Part shown: positions 1-9,659 of the stretch, in pieces | Numbering within the stretch: position 1 is the stretch's first letter | Layout of the letters: each line of letters begins with the position of its first letter | Assembly: GCA_045863295.1 (NCBI GenBank) | Contig: BTWA01000008.1 | Span: 1-64,000 of the forward strand | DNA: 64,000 bases | Direction of reading: 5' to 3' | DNA from: Candidatus Hydrogenedentota bacterium | GTDB lineage: Bacteria > Hydrogenedentota > Hydrogenedentia > Hydrogenedentales > SLHB01 | Translations under genes and position numbers: made by a program | The notes under the pieces: generated by a model | The model's database searches: none | What the model saw: only the letters and a program-made list of their open reading frames with translations | Told to the model about the DNA's origin: nothing

Positions 1-44
1 GCAATTCCCGATTGAGTCAAACGCGAGTAATTGAATTGCCCAAC

Positions 45-434
45 TTATTGCTGAAATAGCGCCCTCACCGCGCGGAAGCATCCTTCCTCCGTCACGATGC
101 CCGGCACGCTGTAGGTGCCTTCAACCAGCGCATTGGTGTCAATTGTTGCCTGGCCGCTCAAATCGTTGTCGCCGGAAAAATCGAAAATGGTCATCGTGAA
201 GATTGCGCCGTCCACTGACCATTGTCCGGTTTTCACGCCACCGTCCGCGACATACTCAAGCGAACCGTCGCCGTACAAAAACAACGCGTCCACGGAGTCG
301 TCCTGATCGTCGCAGTTGTCATCGAAGTAGATCTTGTATGGTCCGAGTACCAATGGACCCGCAAGCGGGCACCCCATAATGGTTCCACCCAACACCAAGC
401 ACATCGCGACGGCAAGCTGCTTCTTGTAACTCAT
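45..434 (-). CDS. Hypothetical lipoprotein (small, beta-rich)
   Basis: 129-aa ORF with GGGAG RBS; basic N-terminus, hydrophobic stretch and lipobox-like IMG-C(P). Confidence 0.7.
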   Translation of the reverse strand: MSYKKQLAVAMCLVLGGTIMGCPLAGPLVLGPYKIYFDDNCDDQDDSVDALFLYGDGSLEYVADGGVKTGQWSVDGAIFTMTIFDFSGDNDLSGQATIDTNALVEGTYSVPGIVTEEGCFRAVRALFQQ

Positions 435-854
435 GGCAATTCTCCCTTTTCATGTCAGAGTCGCGCGTTTCCGGAAACTGCAAAACGGCAACCCACCAAA
501 CGACGCTCACAATTTGTGACCCATGGATTCCGGGACAAGTTTCGCTCGAGTCCCTCGCCGGAAAATTGCGGGTGCACACATCATGTCCAGCGCAACCGCC
601 GGCAAATCCAACTTGTTTTGATTATCCGATACGCCTGTGGCGGATGCTGTGAGATGCCTGCCTTACATCGTGTAGGACATACGACCACAACCAAAAAGTA
701 CACATGGAACGCATTGCCCCCGCGACTATCGACAGACTGCAGAGATAAAAAACTCTACGGTTTTGATCCCATGCGGGAAAGAGCAATCCTGCAGGTGTAA
801 CTCTCGGTCACATTCCCGCGTTATGCGCATAGCGGATTCACTATCTAAAGACGT

Positions 855-884
855 TTGATGTGTTTTCCGGCTACGACTTATAAT
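855..884 (+). promoter_or_regulatory. Sigma70-type promoter of the arg operon
   Basis: TTGATG(855-860)-18 bp-TATAAT(879-884); AGGAGG RBS at 897-902 before the argC TTG start. Confidence 0.6.
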
Positions 885-909
885 TTGAGGCTATTTAGGA
901 GGCCAATTC

Positions 910-1923
910 TTGATTAAAGTAGGCATTGTAGGCGCGACGGGATACGGCGGCAGGGAACTCATCCGCCTATTGGACGGACACCCGGAGGCAGAAATTGCGG
1001 CCCTGGCTTCAACGTCCGCCGCGGGAGAGCATGTGGCGGACGTACTGCCCGCCATGCGTAAACGCCTTGACTTAACTTTTGAGGCATTCGATCCCGATGC
1101 ATTGGCAAGAAAGTGCGATGCCGTGTTCCTCGGCGTACCCAGCACCAAGTCGATGGAATTAGGCAAGGCGCTGAGGGCGGTGGGTGCGCGCGTGTTGGAT
1201 ATCGGAGCGGACTTCCGGCTGAAAAGTCCAGAGGCATTCGCAAAGTACTACAAAACCACGCACACCGCGCAGGAGTTGCTCCCCGAATCCGTGTATGGTC
1301 TCGTCCCGCATTACCGGGAAGCCTTGAAAAAGGCGAACCTGGTCGCCGTGCCGGGATGCTATCCCATCAGCATTCTCCTCCCACTCCGGGCGATTCTCGA
1401 TCAGGTCAAGGCAGCGGTTCCGATCGTCATCGATTCCGTGTCCGGGATTTCCGGCGCGGGCCGCACCTTGAGCGACGGGTTTCATTTTCCGGAAATGAAC
1501 GAGAACATGAAGGCCTACAAGCTGGCCGTGCACCAGCATATCCCTGAAATTGAACAGGAATTGGCGTTCCGTGCCATGGTGCAGTTCACACCGCACGTCG
1601 CCCCGATTACCCGCGGCATTCTGACCACCATCACATTTCGCCCAGACGGGCCTGTCGATCCTGCGAAAGCGCTGGCGCGCTACGGGTCTGAACCGTTCGT
1701 GCGGGTGCTGCCACCCGGCCAGTTGCCGGAGGTCAAGCACGTGCGCGCGTCGAATTTCTGCGACATTGGCTGGGTAATGGATGAACGGACCGGAAACCTC
1801 GTGGTAGTCAGTGCGATTGATAATCTCATGGGCGGCACCGCCGGCATGGCGATTCAATGCATGAACCTCATGTTTGGAATCGAAGAAACCACGGGCCTCC
1901 ACTTCGGAGGGATGGCCGTATGA
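910..1923 (+). CDS. argC: N-acetyl-gamma-glutamyl-phosphate reductase
   Basis: GATGYGG Rossmann motif, ADFRL, catalytic PGCYP, SGISGAG, IDNL. Confidence 0.97.
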   Translation: MIKVGIVGATGYGGRELIRLLDGHPEAEIAALASTSAAGEHVADVLPAMRKRLDLTFEAFDPDALARKCDAVFLGVPSTKSMELGKALRAVGARVLDIGADFRLKSPEAFAKYYKTTHTAQELLPESVYGLVPHYREALKKANLVAVPGCYPISILLPLRAILDQVKAAVPIVIDSVSGISGAGRTLSDGFHFPEMNENMKAYKLAVHQHIPEIEQELAFRAMVQFTPHVAPITRGILTTITFRPDGPVDPAKALARYGSEPFVRVLPPGQLPEVKHVRASNFCDIGWVMDERTGNLVVVSAIDNLMGGTAGMAIQCMNLMFGIEETTGLHFGGMAV

Positions 1924-3125
1924 AGGAGATTACCGGAGGCGTAACCGCGCCCAAAGGGTTCAAGGCCGCCGGCGTGGCGGCCTCGATCAAACCCACCTCG
2001 ACCAAGAAGGATTGCGCAATTATCGCAAGCGACGTACCCTGCGCCGTGGCCGGCGTGTTTACGACAAACGTGATGAAGGCGCCTTGTGTGCATTGGAATA
2101 AGACCCTTGTCGATCGCGGATCCGCCCAGGCGATCTTCGTGAATAGCGGCAACGCCAATGCGGCCACCGGCGAGCCCGGAATGACCGACGTAAAAACCAC
2201 GGTTGCCGCCGTGGCCCGAGGCCTGGGTATCGCACCGGATTCAGTTGCTATGTCCAGCACGGGCGTTATCGGCTTCCCCCTGCCAATGGACCGAATCATG
2301 AATGGGGTGAATGGGTGCCTCGCCAATCTGTCTACGGAAGGCGGGCACGATGCGGCCTTGGCCATTATGACGACAGACACCGTGCCCAAGGAATTTGCGC
2401 TCGAGTTCCCTGTGTCCGACGGCCTGATCCGTATCGGCGCGATGGCCAAGGGCTCCGGCATGATCGCCCCGAATATGGCCACCATGCTCTCGTACATCAC
2501 AACCGACGCGGCCGTGGACTCGGCGCCGTTGCAGGATTTGCTCCGCCATGCCGTGAATGCGACCTACAATTGCATCTGCATTGACAACGATATGAGCACA
2601 AGCGACACCGTCCTCTGCCTGGCCAATGGCCGGTCGGGTACAGCTAGACTCGCACCGGGCACGGAGGATTTCGAGAAGTTCTCCGGGGCATTCCTGGCCG
2701 TTTGCGGCCACATGGCCCGGCAACTGGTGTTGGACGGCGAAGGCGCCACCAAGTTCGTCGTGATTGACGTCGCGGGCGCCACTTCCGACGCCGATGCGCA
2801 ACGGGTGGCCAAGGCCATCGCGCATTCCCACCTCTGCAAAACCGCGTTCTTCGGAGAGGATCCCAACTGGGGACGCATCGCATGCGCTGCCGGATATTCC
2901 GGCACAGTTTTCAACCCATCGGATCTGGCGATCTGGCTGGACCGTGTACAACTGGTTGCCAACGGCCAACCCACGTCGTATCGCGAGGAAGACGCCGCTG
3001 CTGTCATGAAGCAAAAGGAGTTTGGCATTCGTGTTGAACTTGGATCGGGACCCGGAACGGCAACATTCTGGACCACGGACCTGAGCCACGACTACGTGTC
3101 TATTAATGCAGATTATCGTTCTTGA
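1920..3125 (+). CDS. argJ: Ornithine acetyltransferase / N-acetylglutamate synthase
   Basis: NSGNANAATG, IMTTDT, KGSGMIAPNMATML autoproteolysis motif, DGEGATK, ends INADYRS; ATGA overlap with argC. Confidence 0.97.
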   Translation: MKEITGGVTAPKGFKAAGVAASIKPTSTKKDCAIIASDVPCAVAGVFTTNVMKAPCVHWNKTLVDRGSAQAIFVNSGNANAATGEPGMTDVKTTVAAVARGLGIAPDSVAMSSTGVIGFPLPMDRIMNGVNGCLANLSTEGGHDAALAIMTTDTVPKEFALEFPVSDGLIRIGAMAKGSGMIAPNMATMLSYITTDAAVDSAPLQDLLRHAVNATYNCICIDNDMSTSDTVLCLANGRSGTARLAPGTEDFEKFSGAFLAVCGHMARQLVLDGEGATKFVVIDVAGATSDADAQRVAKAIAHSHLCKTAFFGEDPNWGRIACAAGYSGTVFNPSDLAIWLDRVQLVANGQPTSYREEDAAAVMKQKEFGIRVELGSGPGTATFWTTDLSHDYVSINADYRS

Positions 3126-3342
3126 CTCCCGAGAACTCGACGCCAGCACCGATCTTGTGCTGAAGTGACAAATCAGGTACCCTTTCGCTCCTACCGGGCT
3201 TTTCGGCACCGTTGTGTCTTGCCTACGATCTCGGCCATGCAGGGGAAAGCGTTTTACGCCAGGGAGGAATTACCCGGAATTGTCTACGTCAGCCAGTAAA
3301 GGCGCCATTACGGATTCGCAGAAGCGGATTATCAAGGCGGGA

Positions 3343-4206
3343 ATGGAAGAATACATCCGCAAAGCGGCTGTGTTGGTGGAAGCGCTTCCGTATATTCGTG
3401 AATTCGAAGGCAAGACCGTTGTCGTGAAGTACGGCGGCGCCGCCATGGAAGTGGAATCGCTTCGCCGGAGCACCGCCGCGGATCTGGTACTCATGAAGTA
3501 CGTTGGCATGAATCCCGTCGTAGTGCATGGCGGCGGCCCGGAGATTACCCGCACGCTTAAGCGTCAGGGGATCGAATCCAAGTTCCATAAAGGGGAACGC
3601 ATCACCGACGAAGACACGGTCAAAGTCGTGGAAATGGTGCTTGCGGGTTCGGTCAACAAGGAAATTGTCTCGCTGATCAACATGGCGGGCGGAAACGCCG
3701 TGGGGCTGTCAGGCAAAGACGGCAACTTGCTTCACGCACGCAAAAAGAACGCCGATGACGGCGTTGACCTTGGCCAAGTGGGCGAGGTGATTGGCGTCCA
3801 TTTCAAGATTGTGCAGGTCCTTTCGGAAGCCGGCATGATCCCGGTGATCGCTCCCATTGCCACCGATTCTCACGGCAATACGTGGAACGTCAACGCGGAT
3901 ACCGCTGCGGGCGAAGTCGCCTCCGCGCTGCAGGCCGAAAAACTGGTATTTTTGACAGATACCCCCGGTCTGCTGCGTGATCAGGACGATCCCGATTCGT
4001 TGATTCACCAACTCGACTACAAGGAAATCATGGATTTGACCGCCAAGAAAGTCATCGCGGGCGGCATGATTCCGAAAGTCGAGGCCTGCCTGAAAGCACT
4101 CGATTACGGAGTCGTTAAAACCCACATTATCGATGGCCGAGTACCCCACTCGCTGCTGCTTGAGATTTTCACCGACAGAGGCTTGGGCACCGTCGTATCG
4201 CATTGA
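3343..4206 (+). CDS. argB: Acetylglutamate kinase
   Basis: EALPYI, VVKYGGAAM, VVHGGGP, NVNADT, GGMIPKV; start placed at ATG 3343. Confidence 0.97.
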   Translation: MEEYIRKAAVLVEALPYIREFEGKTVVVKYGGAAMEVESLRRSTAADLVLMKYVGMNPVVVHGGGPEITRTLKRQGIESKFHKGERITDEDTVKVVEMVLAGSVNKEIVSLINMAGGNAVGLSGKDGNLLHARKKNADDGVDLGQVGEVIGVHFKIVQVLSEAGMIPVIAPIATDSHGNTWNVNADTAAGEVASALQAEKLVFLTDTPGLLRDQDDPDSLIHQLDYKEIMDLTAKKVIAGGMIPKVEACLKALDYGVVKTHIIDGRVPHSLLLEIFTDRGLGTVVSH

Positions 4207-4248
4207 CGCGCCAAGTCCCCGCAGGGTGCATTGGAGGAAGATACCAAC

Positions 4249-4890
4249 GTGCAAGAGGCGTTGCTTGCCAAAATCGAAATCATTTCCCAAGGCGGCATCA
4301 TCATGTGGCCGATCAGCGCATGTTCGGTGATTGCCCTCGCCATCGTGGTTGAACGGTTCTGGTCGCTGCGCCGCTCCAGCATCGGCACCCGCGAATTCAT
4401 GGACACCATCCGGAATGTGCTGCGGCAGAACCGCATCCAGGAAGCCATGGAAATCTGCGACGATACGAATTCCCCAATGGCGCGCATTCTAAAAGCAGGA
4501 CTGCTAAAACATAACCGGGGCAAGGCCGATATCCGGGAAGCCATCCAGGACGCCGGCCACCTCGAAATTCCGAGACTCGAAAAATACCTGTCCGGATTGG
4601 CCACCTGCGCGAATGTCGCCCCCCTACTCGGATTGCTTGGCACGGTTACGGGAATGATTACGGCGTTCGCGGAGATACAGCACAAACAGGGAAGAGTGAA
4701 TCCATCCGACCTCGCGGAGGGCATCAGCAATGCCCTCATCACGACAGCAGCAGGACTTGCCGTGGCGATCCCAGCCCTGGTGGTCTACAATTACTTCGTC
4801 AATCGGGTGGAAAACATGATCCTGGAAATGGAGATACACTCCTCGGAACTGGTCGACCTGCTGACGCAACAACGCGATCAGGATTATTGA
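4249..4890 (+). CDS. exbB: MotA/TolQ/ExbB proton-channel protein
   Basis: APLLGLLGTVTGMI and GISNALITTAAGLAVAIP motifs; GGAGG RBS before GTG 4249. Confidence 0.88.
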   Translation: MQEALLAKIEIISQGGIIMWPISACSVIALAIVVERFWSLRRSSIGTREFMDTIRNVLRQNRIQEAMEICDDTNSPMARILKAGLLKHNRGKADIREAIQDAGHLEIPRLEKYLSGLATCANVAPLLGLLGTVTGMITAFAEIQHKQGRVNPSDLAEGISNALITTAAGLAVAIPALVVYNYFVNRVENMILEMEIHSSELVDLLTQQRDQDY

Positions 4891-4914
4891 ACCCATTCAG
4901 GCGCGGAGCTGCCG

Positions 4915-5361
4915 GTGAAATTTGCACGCGACGACAAGCGGAACCGTAAGGTTCAGGCGCAGATTAGCATGACGCCCATCATTGACGTCGTCCTGCTGTT
5001 GCTGTTGTTCTTCATGCTTTCCTCGACCTTTGTCGTGCAATCGTCCATACCGGTCGAAATGCCCGAAGCCGCGGGGTTGCCCGAGTTCGAACAGAAAGAC
5101 ATTTCCATTACGCTTACCAATGATCCCACGGCCCCGGATGGCTCCGGACGCATCTTTTTTGACAACGAGGAAATGACGGACTGGACCGCCCTGTCCGATC
5201 GGCTGGCAACCGTGAAAGCAAGCCGCCAGGACGATTTTCTCGTTCTTATTCGCACCGACGAAAGCGTCGATTCTGGACGCATGATTAAACTGATGGGCAT
5301 CGTTCGCAGCCTCGGTATCTCGCGCATGGGTGTAGCCGCGCTTTCCCCTGGGCAGGATTGA
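4915..5361 (+). CDS. exbD: ExbD/TolR biopolymer transport protein
   Basis: MTPIIDVVLLLLLFFM transmembrane helix with conserved Asp; follows exbB. Confidence 0.88.
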   Translation: MKFARDDKRNRKVQAQISMTPIIDVVLLLLLFFMLSSTFVVQSSIPVEMPEAAGLPEFEQKDISITLTNDPTAPDGSGRIFFDNEEMTDWTALSDRLATVKASRQDDFLVLIRTDESVDSGRMIKLMGIVRSLGISRMGVAALSPGQD

Positions 5362-5362
5362 C

Positions 5363-6187
5363 GTGGCCGCCGTGGGTTCGAACAGGGTCTTTTATGCCGC
5401 GCTCGGCTTCTCGCTCCTATTTCATTTCTCCATGGTAACGGTGTTCTCGATCGAAGTGTGGTTGCCGGTGCAACGAGCCGAATACTTTGATTTTGAGATC
5501 GTGCCCGTACCCGAGATATCAGTGAAAACCGATGTCTTGGCCGAGCAGGACGCCATCGTTCAAGTGCCAGAACTCAATACAAACCTGAGTCTATCCACGC
5601 CTGAATCCGCCATCACAGGAGATGTGGAGTTGGCAGCCACCCTTCCAACGATTCAACTGCCATCGCTGCAGTCCTCGGACTTGAACATTACCATCGATCC
5701 CCTTGGACTAAGCCCGGACTATACAAACAGCGATACTCGCCGACGCGACTCGTGGGAACTCGTTATTACGGAGCTTGCCGAGGTGGGCGATGTCCTGAAG
5801 CGGATGACGCCATGGGACAGCCAGGAAATCACGTCGGTGCCGCAGCCGGTCCGGATCCCGCCACTGCAATCGAGTGACGAGGCTACCGTCAGAATTGAAT
5901 GGATGACCGACCCCCTGGAACGCAAAGTACTCTTTGCACCCACAATTGATGTCGCCGGTCTGGGGAACAGCGCGCTATTGAGCGATTCCATCTCGCTGGT
6001 GTTTCGGGCCGATTCAGGCGGGCGAGTGACCGAAGTCTTGACTCCGGTTCAGGAGGACTCAGCCGTTCAAGTGTCTGCGGGGCAGGCGCTTCTCGAATTC
6101 CGTTTTGAACCCATTGGTTCCGGGGCATCGGCGCAACAGTACGGTATCCTGATTATCGAAAAGGCCGCGGGCGGAGTCCTGCCGTGA
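5363..6187 (+). CDS. TonB/TolA-like energy transducer (divergent)
   Basis: N-terminal TM with S-x3-H (FSLLFH), long acidic linker, C-terminal 'GGRVTEV...FRFEP' resembling TonB_C; third gene after exbBD. Confidence 0.6.
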   Translation: MAAVGSNRVFYAALGFSLLFHFSMVTVFSIEVWLPVQRAEYFDFEIVPVPEISVKTDVLAEQDAIVQVPELNTNLSLSTPESAITGDVELAATLPTIQLPSLQSSDLNITIDPLGLSPDYTNSDTRRRDSWELVITELAEVGDVLKRMTPWDSQEITSVPQPVRIPPLQSSDEATVRIEWMTDPLERKVLFAPTIDVAGLGNSALLSDSISLVFRADSGGRVTEVLTPVQEDSAVQVSAGQALLEFRFEPIGSGASAQQYGILIIEKAAGGVLP

Positions 6188-6555
6188 TCGCTATTGAAGT
6201 GAAAGACGCGATTCTCGTGTATTCGGCCATTCTGGGTATCGCCGGCGCGGCCATTTGGTTGTATACCGAGTTTTCAATCTATCGGCCGCAACGGTTCCTG
6301 GGACACCAATTCCTTTGGAAGTGCACCATCTGCGGGTTTACTTTTCTGGATGAACAAGACGAAGCAATCGCTCAATGCCCGCGATGCGCAAGTTACATTT
6401 CCGCGGGCGACAAGCACGCCCGATTTGTGCCTTCGCGGGCCACGCGGGAACCCACGCTGCAATCGATCGGCGAAGACCAAAACGATCACGCCCGAAACCC
6501 ATCGCGCCGAAAGCGCCCCAACCAGCGCCGGCGGGGTCCTCGTAGAAGAAGGTGA
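6184..6555 (+). CDS. Membrane-anchored zinc-ribbon protein with Arg-rich tail
   Basis: TM helix, CTIC...CPRC, tail ending RRRGPRRRR; GTGA overlap with upstream gene. Confidence 0.7.
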   Translation: MIAIEVKDAILVYSAILGIAGAAIWLYTEFSIYRPQRFLGHQFLWKCTICGFTFLDEQDEAIAQCPRCASYISAGDKHARFVPSRATREPTLQSIGEDQNDHARNPSRRKRPNQRRRGPRRRR

Positions 6556-6582
6556 TAAGAACCGTCCGTGACAGGGGCCCTG

Positions 6583-7488
6583 TCAGCCAAACAGCTTGCG
6601 GAATTTGCCGAAGAACCCAGTCGAGACGCCGCTTACGGCCGTGGCTCCTTCGTTCAAACGCGTTTTGGGAGGTAAGTTCGTCACTTCAAGCACTACCGCC
6701 GTGATGTTGTCCGGTCCGCCCGCCTCCAGCGCCCGCCCCACCAACATGCGTGCCCCGCCCTGCAACGAATTGCCAGAAAGTGACTTGGTCATCTGCGCAT
6801 CGTCGACTACGTTGGATAACCCGTCGGAACAGATAAGCAGGCGATCGCCTTTGCGCAATTTGGTTGTGAACAGATCGACTTTGACGGCTTCCTTGGTGCC
6901 GACCGCCCGCGTGATCAAGTTCTTAAGGGAATGGTTCCGGGCTTCCTCTTCGGAGATGTAGCCATTGCGAACCTGCTCCGCCACCAGGGAATGGTCGTCG
7001 GTAATCTGCCAGATCGCGGAATCCGGGCGCAGCAAATACACGCGGCTATCCCCGACTTGCGCGATATAGGCGTTCTCGCCATGCACCAGCAATGCGGAAA
7101 TGGTCGTACCCATCCCATAGTACTCGGGGTGGTTTTCCGCCTCTTCGAAAATGCGGCGATTGGCTTGCTCGACCGCTTCTTTCAGACGTATCGGGATGCT
7201 GGATGTCTGGCGGGAATAATATTCGTCGATTAACGTCTGCAGGGCCAGCCGGCTGGCGAATTCGCCGCCACTGACACCGCCCATGCCATCCGCAACGGCA
7301 AACAGGTACCCCTTATCCGTCGCGATTCGCGATTCCTCGGGCGCGCACACAACACAGCCGTCTTCGTTGTGTCCGCGCTTCTTTCCAACGTCGGACAAGA
7401 GATGGCATTCGATATAGTCACCGGCCCAGTGGAATTCAAAGTTGCCGCCACTTTCCGGTCCCGCTTGCGTTAACGAAATTTGTGCCAT
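6583..7488 (-). CDS. PP2C-family Ser/Thr protein phosphatase (Stp1/PrpC type)
   Basis: SDVG..R..NED, VADGMGG, GMGTT, VGDSR, CSDGL, GGPDNIT motifs. Confidence 0.95.
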   Translation of the reverse strand: MAQISLTQAGPESGGNFEFHWAGDYIECHLLSDVGKKRGHNEDGCVVCAPEESRIATDKGYLFAVADGMGGVSGGEFASRLALQTLIDEYYSRQTSSIPIRLKEAVEQANRRIFEEAENHPEYYGMGTTISALLVHGENAYIAQVGDSRVYLLRPDSAIWQITDDHSLVAEQVRNGYISEEEARNHSLKNLITRAVGTKEAVKVDLFTTKLRKGDRLLICSDGLSNVVDDAQMTKSLSGNSLQGGARMLVGRALEAGGPDNITAVVLEVTNLPPKTRLNEGATAVSGVSTGFFGKFRKLFG

Positions 7489-7643
7489 AAAGAGTTATGG
7501 TCGTTCAGGGAATGACTCCCCTGCCCACTCGTCCTCTTGTATTGAGAGAAATCCGACCGGCCGGGTTAGGCCCGAACGGCTATTTCTGTTTGCATATTAA
7601 TCGTATTCTATGCCAGACCAAGGGCAAAATGCCACGATTGAGG

Positions 7644-8504
7644 TCATGGGGCCGATTGGGCCGCCGGATAAAGCCCTTGTACCGTCGTGCGGATACGGTA
7701 GACCGAATCGCGCGCCGTAATGTACAAGGTCTGCAAATCAGTATCGCCAAACCCACAGTTCGCGGGAGTGGCCGGCGTAGATACAGTTGTCACTCGTACT
7801 CCGTCCGGGGAAAACACCTGGACGCCGTCCTCAGCCGTGCACCACACATGGCCCTGCCGGTCCACAGCCATGCCATCGGGCCATTTGAGTTCGCAAAACA
7901 CCTTGCCCCCGGATAGCGAACCATCCTTGGCAACCGCGAAGGAACGAATATGACCTCCATCCGTATCCGCGACATAGAGAGTTTTTTCATCGGGCGATAG
8001 GCCAATCCCGTTGGGCTTCTTGAAATCATCCGCGATCCGCTTCAAGGTACCGTCCGCCAGAATGGCGTAGACCCCTTGAACCGGCTGCTCTTGGGTCCTC
8101 TCTTCAAGGCCGTACGGCGGATCCGTAAAAAAAATGACGCCGTCCGAACGGACCACCGCGTCATTGGGGCTGTTCAGCTTCTTTCCTTCAAACGTATCCG
8201 CCAGTACGGTAATGGTACCGTCCTTTTCGGTTCGCGACACCCGCCTGTTCCAGTGTTCACATGCAATGAGCCTGCCTTCAGGGTCCACCGCCAACCCGTT
8301 GGATTTACCACTGGGTTTACGGAACTCTTTCTTGGGCACTTCGAAAATGGTGTCGTTGGGAATGTCACTGAATACCAATTTCCCCGACGGCAACCATACC
8401 GGGCCTTCAGTAAACGCACAGCCATCCGCCACGATTTCAAGTGGCCCCGAGACCAATTCCGCCTGTGCGAAGATCACCATGCCAGCGAACAATAAGGAAT
8501 ACAT
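7644..8504 (-). CDS. SMP-30/gluconolactonase family protein, secreted
   Basis: FTEGPVW, NSPND, PNGIGLSPDEKTLYV, PDGMAVD; signal peptide from ATG 8504 with GGGGAG RBS. Confidence 0.92.
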   Translation of the reverse strand: MYSLLFAGMVIFAQAELVSGPLEIVADGCAFTEGPVWLPSGKLVFSDIPNDTIFEVPKKEFRKPSGKSNGLAVDPEGRLIACEHWNRRVSRTEKDGTITVLADTFEGKKLNSPNDAVVRSDGVIFFTDPPYGLEERTQEQPVQGVYAILADGTLKRIADDFKKPNGIGLSPDEKTLYVADTDGGHIRSFAVAKDGSLSGGKVFCELKWPDGMAVDRQGHVWCTAEDGVQVFSPDGVRVTTVSTPATPANCGFGDTDLQTLYITARDSVYRIRTTVQGLYPAAQSAP

Positions 8505-8699
8505 ACCGTGCGGTCTCCCCTTATTTCCCACGTTGCCGCCCAGTGTGGCATGCGACCCACACACAGTCAACCGTCGCATTTCGGCGGCAGAACGGGCCCA
8601 TTGCCCAAGCAATTCTGACAAGAATTTACATTGCCGAGGGCCGCAACGCATACTATTGCGCATGCGGAGCAGTACCCTCTACATCATCTCGGGGAAATC

Positions 8700-9587
8700 A
8701 TGACTGAAATATTGCCGTGGAAGATATCGTTGCACGGAGGCCATTCCGGATCCTATTGCGATCACGCCACCGGCTCGTTGGAAGAAGTCCTGCAATCGGC
8801 CCTTGAAAAAGGATTCAGCGTGTACGGCACCAGCGAACACGTGCCGCGGCTGGGCGAACGGTATTTGTACGAAAACGAGCGAAATCTGGGATGGACCCTC
8901 GACAAAATCATCGACGACTTCTCAAGGTATGCCGAAGACAGCCGGGCGCTGGTCAGACAATTCGAGGACCGTTTACATGTCTTGAGGGGGTATGAGATTG
9001 AGGTCGTACCTGAAGACCGGTATGCAACCGTCATGCGAGATTACCGGCGCGAGCACGGTTTCGATTACATGGTTGGATCGGTGCACTTTATGGCCGATAT
9101 CTCGATCGATGGACCGCGCGACCAATTCGAAGATGCCTTAAAGCATTTCGGGGGATTGGAGAATTTGGCGGTCCGTTACTACGAATGCGTCGCACAAATG
9201 ATCCAGACCCTGGAACCCGAAGTGGTGGGTCACCTGGACTTGATTCGGAAGAACGGGCATTTCTACGGCCCGGTCGATACGCCGGCAATCCGCGAGGCGG
9301 CACTGAGGACGTTGGAGACTGTCCGCCAATCCGGTGCCATTCTGGATCTCAATACAGCGGGTTGGCGCAAAGGACTGGATTCGCCCTACCCCGCGCCATG
9401 GATCGTGACGGAAGCCAACGCCATGGGTATTCCATTCTGCTTTGGCGACGACAGCCACGGACCCAACGACGTGGGCGCCGGCGTGGACGATGCGCGCGTA
9501 TATCTGCTGAATCTGGGAGTCACGGACATAACCGGCCTTGCCAGACAAAATGGCGCCGTTCAAAAGCGCGTTGTCAATCTCCAGTGA
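8700..9587 (+). CDS. Histidinol-phosphatase, HisJ/HisK family (PHP domain)
   Basis: SLHGGHS..CDHA, SEH, GSVH, GHLDL, GDDSH metal-binding motifs. Confidence 0.88.
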   Translation: MTEILPWKISLHGGHSGSYCDHATGSLEEVLQSALEKGFSVYGTSEHVPRLGERYLYENERNLGWTLDKIIDDFSRYAEDSRALVRQFEDRLHVLRGYEIEVVPEDRYATVMRDYRREHGFDYMVGSVHFMADISIDGPRDQFEDALKHFGGLENLAVRYYECVAQMIQTLEPEVVGHLDLIRKNGHFYGPVDTPAIREAALRTLETVRQSGAILDLNTAGWRKGLDSPYPAPWIVTEANAMGIPFCFGDDSHGPNDVGAGVDDARVYLLNLGVTDITGLARQNGAVQKRVVNLQ

Positions 9588-9659
9588 GGTCTTCCGTAGC
9601 GTTGCACTTTCCAAGGTCACGTTGAGCATAAAGTGCCGCCAAGCGGCAAAGGGCATTTC

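Noticed and set aside
435..850. Riboswitch or ARG boxes in the argC upstream region; palindromes TCACAATTTGTGA (about 507-519) and TATGCGCATA (about 822-831)
   Set aside because: No match to riboswitch cores or the ArgR consensus that I can support; short palindromes may be chance
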